Counted from the first letter of the stretch, positions 23,814 through 34,331 are shown. The stretch is 64,000 nucleotides of DNA from a bacterium (GCA_965199855.1 OZ241326.1:32001-96000), one strand, 5' to 3'. Notes: a model not told the origin generated them from the letters alone. Made by a program: numbers and translations.

Positions 23814-25118
23814 TCACGCCATGGCGGGATACGGGCTGCCCAGCGGACAGCGGCCCAGAGAGATGTGCTCCTCGAACTCCCCGCGAAACTTCGTCAAAAA
23901 CGCCCCGAACATCATGGCGCACGCATCCGAGAGCACGCAGATGGTGTTGCCGCGCATGTTGGGGTCGATCGAGGCGAGGGTCTCCAGATCGTCGGGCGCG
24001 CCCGCGCCCCGCTCCAGCCGGCCGAGAATCTCGGACACCCAGCCGGTTCCCTCCCGGCACACCGAGCACTGCCCGCAGGACTCGTGCTCGAAGAAGGCGG
24101 CCAGCCTGCCCGCCGCCTGCACCATGCAGGCCGTCTCGTCCATGACGATGACGCCGCCGCTTCCGCCCATGCTGCCCGCCCGGGCGAGGGAGTCGAAGTC
24201 CATCCGCACCTTGTCCTCGTACACCTCCTTGGCGTCGAGCACGGGCGCGCTCGCCCCGCCCGGAATCACCGCCTTGAGCGCCGCGCCGCCCCTCATGCCG
24301 CCGCAGTGCTCGTGAATCATCTCCTCGCACGTGAGGCCGAGCGGCAGTTCATACAGCCCCGGCTTCGCCGCGTGGCCCGAGACGCAATACATGCGCGTGC
24401 CCGCGTTCTTCTCGTCGATTCCGATGCCCGCGAACCACTCCGCCCCCCGGTTCACGATGTGGGGCAGGTTCGAGAGGGTCTCCACGTTGTTGATGACCGT
24501 GGGCCGCGCGTAGAGGCCGACGACCGCCGGAAACGGGGGCTTGAGGCGCGGGTGCCCGCGCTTGCCCTCGAGCGACTCGAGAAGCCCCGTCTCCTCGCCG
24601 CAGATGTAGGCGCCGGCGCCCCGGTGGGCGTGGACGTCGCACGAGAAGCCGCTGCCCAGAACGTTCCGCCCGACGTAGCCCCTCTCGCGGGCCTCGGCCA
24701 GCGCCTTCTCCACCGCGCGCCAGGGGGCGGCGAACTCGCCGCGGATGTAGATGTAGGCCTGCTCGATCCCCACGGCGTAGCAGGCGATGAGGATGCCCTC
24801 GATGAGCTGGTGCGGGTCGCGCAGCATGAGCTCGCGATCCTTGAAGGTGCCGGGCTCGCCCTCGTCCGCGTTGACGGCCAGATACTTCGGCCCCTCCACC
24901 TGCGGCACGAAGCTCCACTTGAGCCCGCACGGAAAGCCCGCCCCCCCGCGCCCGCGCAGGCCCGACGCCTTGACGAGCTCGATGACGTCGGCGGGCTCCA
25001 CTCCGTCCAGGAGCCGCCGGATCGCCTCGTAGCCGCCCGACGCCTCGTAGCCCGCGATATGCGGCGCGTCCGGGCTGTCGAAGCGGCCCGTTACGATCTT
25101 CTCCAGAACCAGCGCCAT
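23814..25118 (-). CDS. nuoF: NADH-quinone oxidoreductase subunit F
   Basis: GLRGRGGAGF, DEGEPGTFKDR, GAYICGEET and ESCGQCSVCREG. Confidence 0.95.
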   Translation of the reverse strand: MALVLEKIVTGRFDSPDAPHIAGYEASGGYEAIRRLLDGVEPADVIELVKASGLRGRGGAGFPCGLKWSFVPQVEGPKYLAVNADEGEPGTFKDRELMLRDPHQLIEGILIACYAVGIEQAYIYIRGEFAAPWRAVEKALAEARERGYVGRNVLGSGFSCDVHAHRGAGAYICGEETGLLESLEGKRGHPRLKPPFPAVVGLYARPTVINNVETLSNLPHIVNRGAEWFAGIGIDEKNAGTRMYCVSGHAAKPGLYELPLGLTCEEMIHEHCGGMRGGAALKAVIPGGASAPVLDAKEVYEDKVRMDFDSLARAGSMGGSGGVIVMDETACMVQAAGRLAAFFEHESCGQCSVCREGTGWVSEILGRLERGAGAPDDLETLASIDPNMRGNTICVLSDACAMMFGAFLTKFRGEFEEHISLGRCPLGSPYPAMA

Positions 25119-25131
25119 GCGTCCCGACCCC

Positions 25132-25722
25132 TCAGCCTTCCGCGCCGCCGGCCGGCTCCCCGGCCATGGCGGGCGCCGCCTCGTCCGCCCCGACGGGCGA
25201 GACCGCCTCGCCCCTCTCCAGGGCGGCGAAGACGCCCTCCATCATCTCCGGCGTCGCGCCCTCGAAGTAGTCCTCGTTGATCTGCAGGCACGGCGCGCCG
25301 CCGCAGGCGCCGAGGCACTCCACCGCCTCGAGCGAGAACTTCCCGTCCGCCCGCGTCTCGCCGACCGCGCAGCCGAGGCGCTTCTCGATGAAGCGCAACA
25401 GGCCGCCCGCCCCCATGAGCGCGCACGAGAGGTTGTTGCACACCTGCACGTGATGCTCCCCGATCGGCCGGGTCTTGAGCATGGTGTAGAAGCTCACCAC
25501 CCCCCAGACCTCCATGGGGGAGACCTCGAAAATCTCGGCGACATGCCGCATCACCGCGCTGGTGATGAAGCCCGCCTCCTTCTGCGCCAGCTGCAGGGCG
25601 GGGATGAGCGCCGAGCGCCTCACCGGATATTTGGCGATGACGCGCTCGAGCTCCGCGCGCGCCCCGGGCGAGAACTCGAAGCGCTCCTCCTCCTCGGAAT
25701 GGGGAAACCGTATCAACGCCAA
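25132..25722 (-). CDS. nuoE: NADH-quinone oxidoreductase subunit E
   Basis: VCNNLSC and ECLGACGGAP 2Fe-2S ligands. Confidence 0.93.
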   Translation of the reverse strand: MALIRFPHSEEEERFEFSPGARAELERVIAKYPVRRSALIPALQLAQKEAGFITSAVMRHVAEIFEVSPMEVWGVVSFYTMLKTRPIGEHHVQVCNNLSCALMGAGGLLRFIEKRLGCAVGETRADGKFSLEAVECLGACGGAPCLQINEDYFEGATPEMMEGVFAALERGEAVSPVGADEAAPAMAGEPAGGAEG

Positions 25723-25746
25723 GGCCGCGCCGCCCTCCGCCTCATC

Positions 25747-26970
25747 TTAGCGATCTATCTCGCCCAGCACGATGTCGATGCTGCCGATGGCGGCCACCAC
25801 GTCGCCCATCAGCCCCCCCCGGGTGATCTCGGAGAGCGCGTGCAGGTTCGAGAAGCTCGGCGCGCGCACCTTCACCTTGTAGGGGCTCGGGCCGCCGTCG
25901 CTGATGATGTAGTAGCCGAGCTCGCCCCGGGGGGATTCGATGGCCACGTACGCCTCGCCCTCCGGCACGCTGTAGCCCTCGGTGAATATCTTGAAGTGGT
26001 GAATCAGCGCCTCCATGTCGTGGGCGAGCTGCTCCTTGGGCGGCGGCACCACCTTGGGGTTGTCCGCCATGAGGGGGCCCTCCGGCATCCCCTCGAGCGC
26101 CTGCATGGCGATGCGCCGCGACTGGCGCATCTCGGCGATCCGCACCAGATACCTGTCCAGAATGTCCCCGCGCTCGCCCACCGGAACCTCGAAGTCGAAC
26201 TCCTCGTAGCCCGAGTAGGGCTCGTTCTTGCGAATGTCGTAGGCGACGCCGCAGGCGCGGAGCAGCGGCCCCGTGACGCCCAGGGCGAGGGCCTGCGCGG
26301 CCGTCATGGGGCAGACGCCCCGCGCGCGCCTTCGGTAGATGGGGTTGTCCGTGAGCAGCTCTTCATACTCGTCCACGCGCTCGGAGAAGGGCTCGAGAAA
26401 CCTCCGGCAGTCCTCGTGGAACGCCGGGTAGGGCTCGCGCGCCACGCCGCCCACCCGGAAGTAGCTCGTCATCATGCGCACGCCCGAGACCTTCTCGAAA
26501 ATCCTCAGGAGCTGCTCGCGCTCGCGGAAGCAGTAGAGAAAGACCGTCATCGCCCCCAGGTCCAGCGCGTGGGTGCCCAGCCAGACGAGGTGGCTGTTCA
26601 GGCGCGTCATCTCGGCGAGCAGGACGCGCAGATACCGGCAGCGGCGGGGAACCTCCAGCGCCAGGAGCTTCTCCACCGCCAGGACGAACCCCAGGTTGTT
26701 CGACATCGGCGCGAGGTAGTCCATGCGGTCGGTCATGGGGAGCGCCTTGTTGTAGGTCTTCTCCTCCATGCTCTTCTCGATGCCGGTGTGCAGGTAGCCG
26801 ATGACGGGCTCGCAGGAGAGCACCGTCTCGCCGTCCAGCTCGAGCACCACGCGCAGCACCCCGTGCGTGCTCGGGTGCTGGGGGCCCATGTTGAGCGTCA
26901 TCGTCTCGGCGCATATGGGCCCGAGCATGTCGCTGTCGAGCGGGCTCCTCTCCTGAACCTGCGCGGCCAT
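25747..26970 (-). CDS. nuoD: NADH-quinone oxidoreductase subunit D (copy 1)
   Basis: NMGPQHPSTHGVLR, MEALIHHFK and SIDIVLGEIDR. Confidence 0.95.
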   Translation of the reverse strand: MAAQVQERSPLDSDMLGPICAETMTLNMGPQHPSTHGVLRVVLELDGETVLSCEPVIGYLHTGIEKSMEEKTYNKALPMTDRMDYLAPMSNNLGFVLAVEKLLALEVPRRCRYLRVLLAEMTRLNSHLVWLGTHALDLGAMTVFLYCFREREQLLRIFEKVSGVRMMTSYFRVGGVAREPYPAFHEDCRRFLEPFSERVDEYEELLTDNPIYRRRARGVCPMTAAQALALGVTGPLLRACGVAYDIRKNEPYSGYEEFDFEVPVGERGDILDRYLVRIAEMRQSRRIAMQALEGMPEGPLMADNPKVVPPPKEQLAHDMEALIHHFKIFTEGYSVPEGEAYVAIESPRGELGYYIISDGGPSPYKVKVRAPSFSNLHALSEITRGGLMGDVVAAIGSIDIVLGEIDR

Positions 26971-26979
26971 CGGCGCTCC

Positions 26980-27555
26980 CTATTCCGCCGCTCTGGGCTT
27001 GCCCGCGGGCGCGTCCCGGAAGGTGAACGCCACGGGCTCCGCGGAGATGTCGAAGTCCTTGCGGTGGGGATGCCCCTCGAACCCCTCGGGGGTGAGGATG
27101 CGCTCGAGCCCGGGGTGTCCCTCGAAGACGATGCCCAGCAGGTCGTACGCCTCGCTCTCGTGGAGCCTGGCGCCCGGCCATATTCCGCAGAGGCTGGGCG
27201 CGGCAGGCGCCAAGTCGTCCTCGCAGGGCGTCTCGAGGCGCAGACGCCTCGATTTTTCCGGGTTCAGGAGCGAATACGCCACCTTGAAGCGGTAGGGAAC
27301 GGGCAGCTCCAGGCAGTCCACCCCGCAGACGAAGCTCAGGAGGCTGAACCCCCTCTCGTCGCGCAGAAACCGCGCCGCATCAAGCAGCGACCCGGGCGCG
27401 ACCCGGGCGGAGATTTGCCCGCGATGCTCGCTCGCGCCCAGAAGCCCCCTGCCGATTCTCACCCGCAGCAGGACGAGATCGGGGTCGCGCTCCTCTATCG
27501 GCTCCGGCGCCTCGGCGCGCCCCTGCCCCTCTTCACCCAACGGCCTCATCCTCAC
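26980..27555 (-). CDS. nuoC: NADH-quinone oxidoreductase subunit C (copy 1)
   Basis: ESEAYDLLGIVFEGHPGLERIL and GHPHRKDF. Confidence 0.9.
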   Translation of the reverse strand: MRMRPLGEEGQGRAEAPEPIEERDPDLVLLRVRIGRGLLGASEHRGQISARVAPGSLLDAARFLRDERGFSLLSFVCGVDCLELPVPYRFKVAYSLLNPEKSRRLRLETPCEDDLAPAAPSLCGIWPGARLHESEAYDLLGIVFEGHPGLERILTPEGFEGHPHRKDFDISAEPVAFTFRDAPAGKPRAAE

Positions 27556-27655
27556 CCATCAAGGCTTCGCTTCGGTTCCGCGAGCGGGGCCCCACCCCCG
27601 CGCTTCCCGACGGATTCGCAAACTCGCATGGCGTGGGGAGCGTTCGCGCGCGCCG

Positions 27656-28153
27656 CTAAAGCGAGGCGGCTCTGGAGTCCTCCCGGTAGAGCCCCTCGTC
27701 CGCGATTTTCGCCTGCAGCTTCATGATGCCGTCGATGAGCGTCTCGGGGCGCGGCGGACAGCCCGGCACGTAGATATCGACGGGCACGACCTCGTCCACC
27801 CCCTGCACGAGGGCGTAGTTGTTGAAGATGCCGCCCGTGGAGGCGCACGCCCCCATGGAGATCACCCATTTCGGCTCGGGCATCTGATCGTAGATCTGCC
27901 GCAACACGGGCGCCATCTTCCGCGACACCCTGCCCGCCACGATCATCAGGTCCGCCTGGCGGGGCGAGGCGCGGAACACCTCGGCGCCGAAGCGCGAGAT
28001 GTCGTATTTCGCCGCCGAGGTGGACATCATCTCGATGGCGCAGCACGCCAGGCCGAAGAGCGCCGGCCACAGGCTGTTCCTGCGCGCCCATTTGATCACG
28101 TCCGCCGCGCGGCCCAGAACGAGCTGGCCCTCAAGCTGCCGCTCTAGTCCCAT
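27656..28153 (-). CDS. nuoB: NADH-quinone oxidoreductase subunit B (copy 1)
   Basis: [18 protein letters not shown] and PGCPPRPE. Confidence 0.95.
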   Translation of the reverse strand: MGLERQLEGQLVLGRAADVIKWARRNSLWPALFGLACCAIEMMSTSAAKYDISRFGAEVFRASPRQADLMIVAGRVSRKMAPVLRQIYDQMPEPKWVISMGACASTGGIFNNYALVQGVDEVVPVDIYVPGCPPRPETLIDGIMKLQAKIADEGLYREDSRAASL

Positions 28154-28500
28154 TCGAGCGCTCCCCTGCGCCATTCGTAGATCAGGCTCGCCACAAGCAG
28201 GCCCATGAAGGGCAGAATCGCCACGAACCCATAGACGCCCAGACTTCTGAGGCTCACCGCCCAGGGGTAGAGAAAGATGGTCTCCACGTCGAAGACGATG
28301 AACAGAATCGCCACCAGAAAGAATTTCACGCTGAAGCGCCCGCGCGCGTTCGACCGCGGCACGATGCCGCACTCGTAGGCGGCGTCCTTCTCCACCGTGG
28401 GCCTGCGCCTGCCCGTCAGGAAGGTGACGCCCAGGTTCACGGCGGCGAAGCCGGTCGCCAGCGCGAGCAGAACCAAGATGGGCAGATACTCTTCCGGCAT
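28144..28500 (-). CDS. nuoA: NADH-quinone oxidoreductase subunit A (copy 1)
   Basis: [17 protein letters not shown] and RGALEW. Confidence 0.95.
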   Translation of the reverse strand: MPEEYLPILVLLALATGFAAVNLGVTFLTGRRRPTVEKDAAYECGIVPRSNARGRFSVKFFLVAILFIVFDVETIFLYPWAVSLRSLGVYGFVAILPFMGLLVASLIYEWRRGALEWD

Positions 28501-28551
28501 TCCCGGCCTCCCGAGGCGCTCATCCCGTTTGTTCGGGTTCTCAACGGGCGC

Positions 28552-28580
28552 ATCTTACGGCGGGCGTCCCCCGGTGTCAA
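28552..28580 (-). promoter_or_regulatory. Sigma-70 promoter of the nuo operon
   Basis: TTGACA-17nt-TAAGAT about 50 nt upstream of nuoA. Confidence 0.75.
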
Positions 28581-28841
28581 CAATTCGCGGGCGCCCGCGC
28601 GCGTCGGGCAAAAATCCGCGCCGCCTCGGCCGTGGACGGGAATCATCCGCCTCCTCCGTCCGAGGCGAAGCGCGCCCCGCGTCCGGACGCCTCACGGGGG
28701 CCGCGGCGTTTTTCCGAAGTTGCGCGGGAGCGGGGGCGGGCGATACACTCTCGCGCGGTGCTTTTCTTCTCCCCAGGGAGGGGCGCCCGCCCGGGAGGCG
28801 CCGGGCGCGCTCCTCTCGCGCAGACGCGAGGAGGCCACGCC

Positions 28842-29966
28842 ATGAACGAGCTGCCGAAGGAGGCGCAGGCGCGCCTCGACGCCCTGCTGGAGGATTTCGA
28901 GGGGTTCGCGCGGCGGCAGATAGGCTATCCCTGCAACCAGGATTTCGACTACGAGGCGCTGGCGCCCTTTCTGCGCTATTCCATCAACAACGTCGGCGAC
29001 CCCTTCCACGACAGCAACCTCCTCAGCAACACCCACGAGATAGAGCGCGAGGTCGTCGCCCGCTTCGCCGATCTGATGCGCCTGCCGGAGGAGCAGACCT
29101 GGGGCTACGTCACCTCCGGCGGCACCGAGGGCAACATGTACGGCCTCTACATGGGGCGCGCGCTGTTCCCGAACGGCATGGTCTATTTCTCGCAGGACAC
29201 GCACTACAGCGTGCTGAAGATCCTGAGCGCGCTGAACATGCGCAACATCATGGTCAAAAGCCGCGAGGACGGGGAGATCGACTACGACGACCTCCACGAG
29301 ACGATCCGCATCCACCGCGACGTCCCCGTCATCATCATGGCGAACATCGGCAGCACGATGAAGGGCGCCGTGGACGATCTCGCGCGGGTGCGCGCCATCC
29401 TCGACGACCTGGCGGTGACGAACTCCTACATCCACGCGGACGCCGCCCTGAGCGGCATGATTCTGCCCTTCGTGGACGATCCCCAGCCCTACGGGTTCGA
29501 CGCCGGGGTGGACAGCGCGGCCATAAGCGGCCACAAGCTCATCGGCTCCCCGCTGCCCTGCGGGGTCGTCCTCACGAAGCGCGACTACGTGGCGCGCGTC
29601 GCCCGCTCGATAGAATACGTGGGCGTGCTGGACACCACGCTGGCGGGCTCGCGCAACGCGCTCACGCCGCTCATCCTGTGGTACGCCTTCGAGCGCCGCG
29701 GGACGGGGGGCTTCCGGAGGGTCGTGGCGGAGATGCTGGCGGTCGCCGAATACGCGGTCGAGCGCTTCCGGGAGCGCGGGGTCTCCGCGTGGAGGCACAG
29801 GAATTCGGTCACGGTCGTCTTTCCCAGACCGGCAGGAAGGAAGGTGATGCGAAGCTGGCAGATCGCCCCGCTCCGGGACATCGCCCACGTCATCACCATG
29901 CCGCACGTCACGCGCGGGATGATAGACGAGTTCGTGGAGGAGTGCATGGAGGCGCAGTGCGCCTAG
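28842..29966 (+). CDS. hdc: PLP-dependent group II decarboxylase, histidine decarboxylase-like
   Basis: GYPCN, INNVGDP, WGYVTSGGTEGN, HADAALSG, SGHK (PLP lysine) and GSRNALTP. GAGGAGG RBS. Possible promoter TTGCGC-18nt-TACACT at 28720-28749. Confidence 0.85.
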   Translation: MNELPKEAQARLDALLEDFEGFARRQIGYPCNQDFDYEALAPFLRYSINNVGDPFHDSNLLSNTHEIEREVVARFADLMRLPEEQTWGYVTSGGTEGNMYGLYMGRALFPNGMVYFSQDTHYSVLKILSALNMRNIMVKSREDGEIDYDDLHETIRIHRDVPVIIMANIGSTMKGAVDDLARVRAILDDLAVTNSYIHADAALSGMILPFVDDPQPYGFDAGVDSAAISGHKLIGSPLPCGVVLTKRDYVARVARSIEYVGVLDTTLAGSRNALTPLILWYAFERRGTGGFRRVVAEMLAVAEYAVERFRERGVSAWRHRNSVTVVFPRPAGRKVMRSWQIAPLRDIAHVITMPHVTRGMIDEFVEECMEAQCA

Positions 29967-29978
29967 GGGGGATTTTCG

Positions 29979-30371
29979 ATGAATCGAATCGTCATCACGG
30001 TGAAGGACGAGGTGGGCGTCATCGCGGACATCAGCCACGCGCTGGCCGAGGCGGACATCAACATCGAGGGGCTGAACACCGAGATCGCCGGCGAGAAGGG
30101 GGTCGTCATCCTCACCACGCCCGAGTCCGACCGCGCCCTGCAGGTGCTCAAGAACGCGGGCTTCCGGGCGGTCACCGACGAGGCGATGGTGCTCAGGCTG
30201 CGCGACGAGCCGGGCGCCCTCGCCAGGGTCGCCGAGAAGTTCAAGCGCGCGGGGGTGAACATCCGCAGCATGCACATTCTGGATCATCACGAGGGACACG
30301 CCACGGTCGCCTTGACCGCGGACGATCAGGCCAGGGCGAAAACCCTGGTCGAGAACGAAGTCATCCTCTGA
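29979..30371 (+). CDS. Tandem ACT-domain protein
   Basis: Two ACT-like repeats, KDEVGVIADIS..INIE and RDEPGALARVA..VNIR. Confidence 0.85.
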   Translation: MNRIVITVKDEVGVIADISHALAEADINIEGLNTEIAGEKGVVILTTPESDRALQVLKNAGFRAVTDEAMVLRLRDEPGALARVAEKFKRAGVNIRSMHILDHHEGHATVALTADDQARAKTLVENEVIL

Positions 30372-30372
30372 G

Positions 30373-30909
30373 ATGGGGAGCCGACTGACGCGCGCCGCCC
30401 TCCTGCTCTCCGCCCTGGCGCTTTCGCTCCCCGCTTCCGGGGCGCGTGGCGCGACCGTTGAGGAGACCAAGAATCGGATCGCCCGCTTCGAGCTCTTCGC
30501 CGATTGCCGGCCGATGTATCTTCTCGTGGAAAGATTGCCTGCCGACGCTTCAAAGATCGGCCTCACGGAGGAGGCCATCCGGGCCGCCGCGGAGAGCCGC
30601 CTGCGCTCGGCGCGCCTCTACCGCTCCATTCGTTCCGCTCCCTATCATTCTCTTTACATCAATGTAAACGTGGTTGGGCGAGGCTTTAGTATCAGGCTGG
30701 AGTTCAAGAAAGATGTTTATGACCCTCTCTCGGGGGACACGGGAGTTGCGACTACCTGGAATATGGGCGGCGCCGGCACGCACGGCGGTAGCGAAGCGAA
30801 TTACATTCTGTCCTCAATATCCCGGCACATGGACGAATTCCTCGTCGAGTTTCTGCGCGTGAACGAGAAGGCGTGCGAGAAGCGCTTCGCCCCGTCCGGC
30901 GACCGCTAG
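30373..30909 (+). CDS. Hypothetical secreted protein
   Basis: N-terminal signal peptide (RLTRAALLLSALALSLPASGARGA) and two Cys residues. The centre of the gene is AT-richer. Confidence 0.65.
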   Translation: MGSRLTRAALLLSALALSLPASGARGATVEETKNRIARFELFADCRPMYLLVERLPADASKIGLTEEAIRAAAESRLRSARLYRSIRSAPYHSLYINVNVVGRGFSIRLEFKKDVYDPLSGDTGVATTWNMGGAGTHGGSEANYILSSISRHMDEFLVEFLRVNEKACEKRFAPSGDR

Positions 30910-31779
30910 TCACCCCGCCAGAATCAGCAGGACGATGCCCGCGAGAATCACCAGACCCCCGAGGAGGGTTTCGCGCATTCGGTCGCGCTCCCCGAAGAAG
31001 AACCAGCCGATGGCGATGGCCAGGAGAATCTCGACCTGCTTCACCGACTCCACGTAGGAGGTGAGCGTGAGGCGGTAGGCCTCCGCCTGCGCCAGACTCG
31101 TGATGAAGGCGAACAGCCCGAGCGCCGCGAAGGCCTTCCAGTGCCTAGGCGCGCTCCTGAAGCGGGCGGCGGACTTCCGCAGGGTCACGGGCAGGACGAC
31201 GAGCGAGGCCGCCCCGTACGCCGCGAGGGTCGCGAAGGGCCCGTCCGAGAGCACGGCCGCCTGCTTGAAGGTGATGACCGAGGGCGCGTACATGAGCGAG
31301 GAGAGCAGGGTGTAGCGCAGCCCCCTGTCGCGGAACAGGGCGCGAACCGGCTCGAACCAGCCGATTCTCGCGCGCGAGACGTTCAGCCCATACACCCCCG
31401 CCAGGGTGAGGCCGATGCCCGCCAGCCCCCACGCCGAGGGCGCCTCGCCCAGCGTGAGGAACGAAAGCGCCACCAGCCAGACGAGCGAGAGCTTCCAGAG
31501 CGAGGTCACCACCCCTATCGAGCCGTAGAGCAAGGCCTTCGAGAGCATGAGGGTGGCGAGGGTCTGCGAGAAGCCGAACAGGACGCATATCCACCAGAAG
31601 CCGGGCTGAATCTCCGGCATCCCCTTCGCCCACACCGCGATCGCCGCGAAGGGAAGCAGGAACGCGAACCGGCCCAGCACGTTGATGTATTCGTCGAGCT
31701 GGTGGCCGATGGACTTCATCGCCGCGTTGCGCGAAGCCTGCGCGAGCGCCGCGACGACGGAAAACGCCACCCAGTCCAT
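30910..31779 (-). CDS. EamA/DMT family transporter
   Basis: About 10 hydrophobic segments in two repeats, with LGE and FFGE loop motifs. Confidence 0.85.
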   Translation of the reverse strand: MDWVAFSVVAALAQASRNAAMKSIGHQLDEYINVLGRFAFLLPFAAIAVWAKGMPEIQPGFWWICVLFGFSQTLATLMLSKALLYGSIGVVTSLWKLSLVWLVALSFLTLGEAPSAWGLAGIGLTLAGVYGLNVSRARIGWFEPVRALFRDRGLRYTLLSSLMYAPSVITFKQAAVLSDGPFATLAAYGAASLVVLPVTLRKSAARFRSAPRHWKAFAALGLFAFITSLAQAEAYRLTLTSYVESVKQVEILLAIAIGWFFFGERDRMRETLLGGLVILAGIVLLILAG

Positions 31780-32003
31780 TCGATGCTCCAGCCCCCGGGC
31801 GGGACGACCCGAAAGGCGGGAGGCGCGCGCCCGGCGCGTCACGGAAAAGAATCACGGGCTTTCTACGCGGCATCGGGCCCTAAGTCCAACGGGAGCCGCC
31901 CGCGCGCGGGAGATTCCCTCTCCTCGCCCCGAAGCGTCTGACGCGCGCGGGCGGGCTGTGCTAGTCTGGCGGGAGCGTCCTTTTCGCCGCAAGGAGCCTC
32001 GCC

Positions 32004-33020
32004 GTGATAGGCGACGACGTATTCGTGTTCGACAACGTGGTGCACATGTATGACTACTCGGACGAGAACCTCCTCTCGCCCGAAAGCGAATACGACCGCC
32101 ACTACCACGTGAGCAAGGTGGTGGGCAGAAGGCGCGCCGCCCCCACGGACCTCTACGCGGGCTGGGACCCGATAGAGGGCTTCAAGCGCCGCTGGAGCGT
32201 GGAGGAGATGGGCCGCCTCGTCTTCGAGGATTCGGGAACCGACATGGCGATGGCGCAGGCGGTGCCCCTGTTCGACCTCTACAGGGACGGCTTCGCCCCG
32301 GTGAAGGCGCAATACGACTTCGCGCGGGCGCATCCGGATCGCTGCCTGTTCTGCGGGGCGGTGGACCCGATGTATCCGAGCGTGGCCGCCGCCTGCGAGG
32401 AGATGGAGCGCCAGGTGAAGGAGTGGGGCGCGCGCTCCATGAAAATCTACAACGCCCACGTGGACGGGAAGTCCTGGGCGTGCGACGACCCCGAAATCGC
32501 CTACCCCCTCTACGAGAAGGGGCGCGAGCTCGGCGTCCGGGTCTTTCAGTTCCACAAGGGAAATCCCATCACCCGGGCGAAGCTGCGCGACCTCTCGCCC
32601 CTGGACATCGAGGGGGCGGCGATGGACTTCCCCGATCTGCTCTTCGGCGTCCACCACCTGGCGGTGCCCTACTTCGAGGAGGCCGTCTGGATGGCGAGCC
32701 GCTACGAGAACGTCTTCCTCGTGCTCTCGGGCGTGGGCCACACCCCGATGATCGCGCCGCGAACCTTCACCGAGTGGATGGGCAGGCTCCTGCGCGACGT
32801 GGGCGCGGAGCGCGTCCTCTGGGGCTCCGAGATGGCGCTTCTGGGAAACGCGCGCCCGGTTCTCGAATGGATATGGGAGATGGAAATCCCCGAATCCATG
32901 CAGGAGGACTACGGCTACCCGCAAATCACCGAGGAGGACAAGCGGAAGATTCTGGGCCTCAACCAGGCGCGCCTCTTCGGCGTGGACGCGGAGGCCAAGA
33001 AGCGCGAGCTCTGGGGCTAG
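32004..33020 (+). CDS. Amidohydrolase_2 family protein
   Basis: DNVVHMY, QFHKG, VHHL, VLWGSE and KRKILGLNQARLFG. Confidence 0.85.
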   Translation: MIGDDVFVFDNVVHMYDYSDENLLSPESEYDRHYHVSKVVGRRRAAPTDLYAGWDPIEGFKRRWSVEEMGRLVFEDSGTDMAMAQAVPLFDLYRDGFAPVKAQYDFARAHPDRCLFCGAVDPMYPSVAAACEEMERQVKEWGARSMKIYNAHVDGKSWACDDPEIAYPLYEKGRELGVRVFQFHKGNPITRAKLRDLSPLDIEGAAMDFPDLLFGVHHLAVPYFEEAVWMASRYENVFLVLSGVGHTPMIAPRTFTEWMGRLLRDVGAERVLWGSEMALLGNARPVLEWIWEMEIPESMQEDYGYPQITEEDKRKILGLNQARLFGVDAEAKKRELWG

Positions 33021-33089
33021 AAGATAAGGAAATTGCATAGCATCTTAGCGTAGGAAAACGGCTAAATATCCTGTGGAGATGACTGGTAT

Positions 33090-34331
33090 ATGAGTAATTG
33101 GCAAAGCAAAACCATATTTACGGGCGATAATCTTCACGTCATGCGGGGTATGAACTCCGATTCGGTTGATTTGATTTATCTGGATCCGCCCTTCAATTCC
33201 AACAGAACATACGCGGCTCCTATTGGCAGCGAGGCGGCCGGGGCCGCTTTCAAGGATACCTGGACGCTTTCAGACGTTGACTTGATCGAACACAACAAAC
33301 TGAAAACGGACAGCAAGGGAATTTTTGCCATTATAGAGACGGCGAGGCATACCCACTCGAAGGGGATGTTTTCCTATTTGGTGATGATGGCGACCCGCTT
33401 GGTGGAGATGAAGCGAATCCTCAAGCCTACTGGATCCATCTATCTCCATTGCGATCCCACGGCCGGGCATTATCTGAAAATACTGATGGACGCGATTTTC
33501 GGGACGGGAAATTTCAGAAACGAGATCGTGTGGTGCTATCGAGGAGGAGGCGTTCCAAAACGGGATTTCGCCAGAAAACACGACACGATATTTCGGTATG
33601 CCCTAAGCGATGAAATCACTTTTAATGTTGACCGCGTGAGGATTCCATATTCCACAGACAGCATGGAGCGATTGGAGTATGAAGCGCGGGCGTTTCGAGG
33701 CGATAAAGTGTATGAGGGATACAGGCCGAACGAAAAAGGGAAACACCCGGAAGATTGGTGGAACATACAGCCTATCATGCCGTCATCAAAGGAGCGGCTG
33801 GGCTACCCCACCCAAAAACCGCTCGCGCTTCTCGAACGCATCATCGAGGCATCATCCAACGAAGGGGATATTATATTCGACCCGTTTTGTGGTTGCGCCA
33901 CGACTCTTGTGGCTTCGGATCAACTAAAGCGGGGGTGGGTTGGCATTGATATATCTCCCAAGGCCGTCGAGCTGGTGGTCGAACGCATCAAGAAGTCGAA
34001 AGGTCTGTTTTGGGAGATTATACCCAGAGCCGATATCCCCATGCGAACGGACGTCGGCCCCGAGCTAACGGCCCTGGAAAAGAAGGCGCATAAGGGAGCG
34101 TTGTTTGCGCTCCAGGATCAAAAATGCAACGGATGCAAAACATGGTTTGGGCGACTGGAAGATTTCGAGATGGACCACATAACTCCGAAATCGCTGGGCG
34201 GAACCGACCATAAAGAGAACTTTCAGCTGTTGTGCGGAAACTGCAATCGGAAAAAAGGAAAGAAGAGGCAGGAGACATTCATGGCTGAAATGGCGGCCAG
34301 CAAAGCGGATGTTTCATGGCTGGGAAACTGA
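33090..34331 (+). CDS. Beta-class N6A/N4C DNA methyltransferase fused to a C-terminal HNH endonuclease
   Basis: LIYLDPPF, GYPTQKP and DPFCGCATT, followed by CNGC..MDHITPKSLGG..ENFQLLCGNCNRKKG. AT-richer than the flanks. Confidence 0.88.
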   Translation: MSNWQSKTIFTGDNLHVMRGMNSDSVDLIYLDPPFNSNRTYAAPIGSEAAGAAFKDTWTLSDVDLIEHNKLKTDSKGIFAIIETARHTHSKGMFSYLVMMATRLVEMKRILKPTGSIYLHCDPTAGHYLKILMDAIFGTGNFRNEIVWCYRGGGVPKRDFARKHDTIFRYALSDEITFNVDRVRIPYSTDSMERLEYEARAFRGDKVYEGYRPNEKGKHPEDWWNIQPIMPSSKERLGYPTQKPLALLERIIEASSNEGDIIFDPFCGCATTLVASDQLKRGWVGIDISPKAVELVVERIKKSKGLFWEIIPRADIPMRTDVGPELTALEKKAHKGALFALQDQKCNGCKTWFGRLEDFEMDHITPKSLGGTDHKENFQLLCGNCNRKKGKKRQETFMAEMAASKADVSWLGN

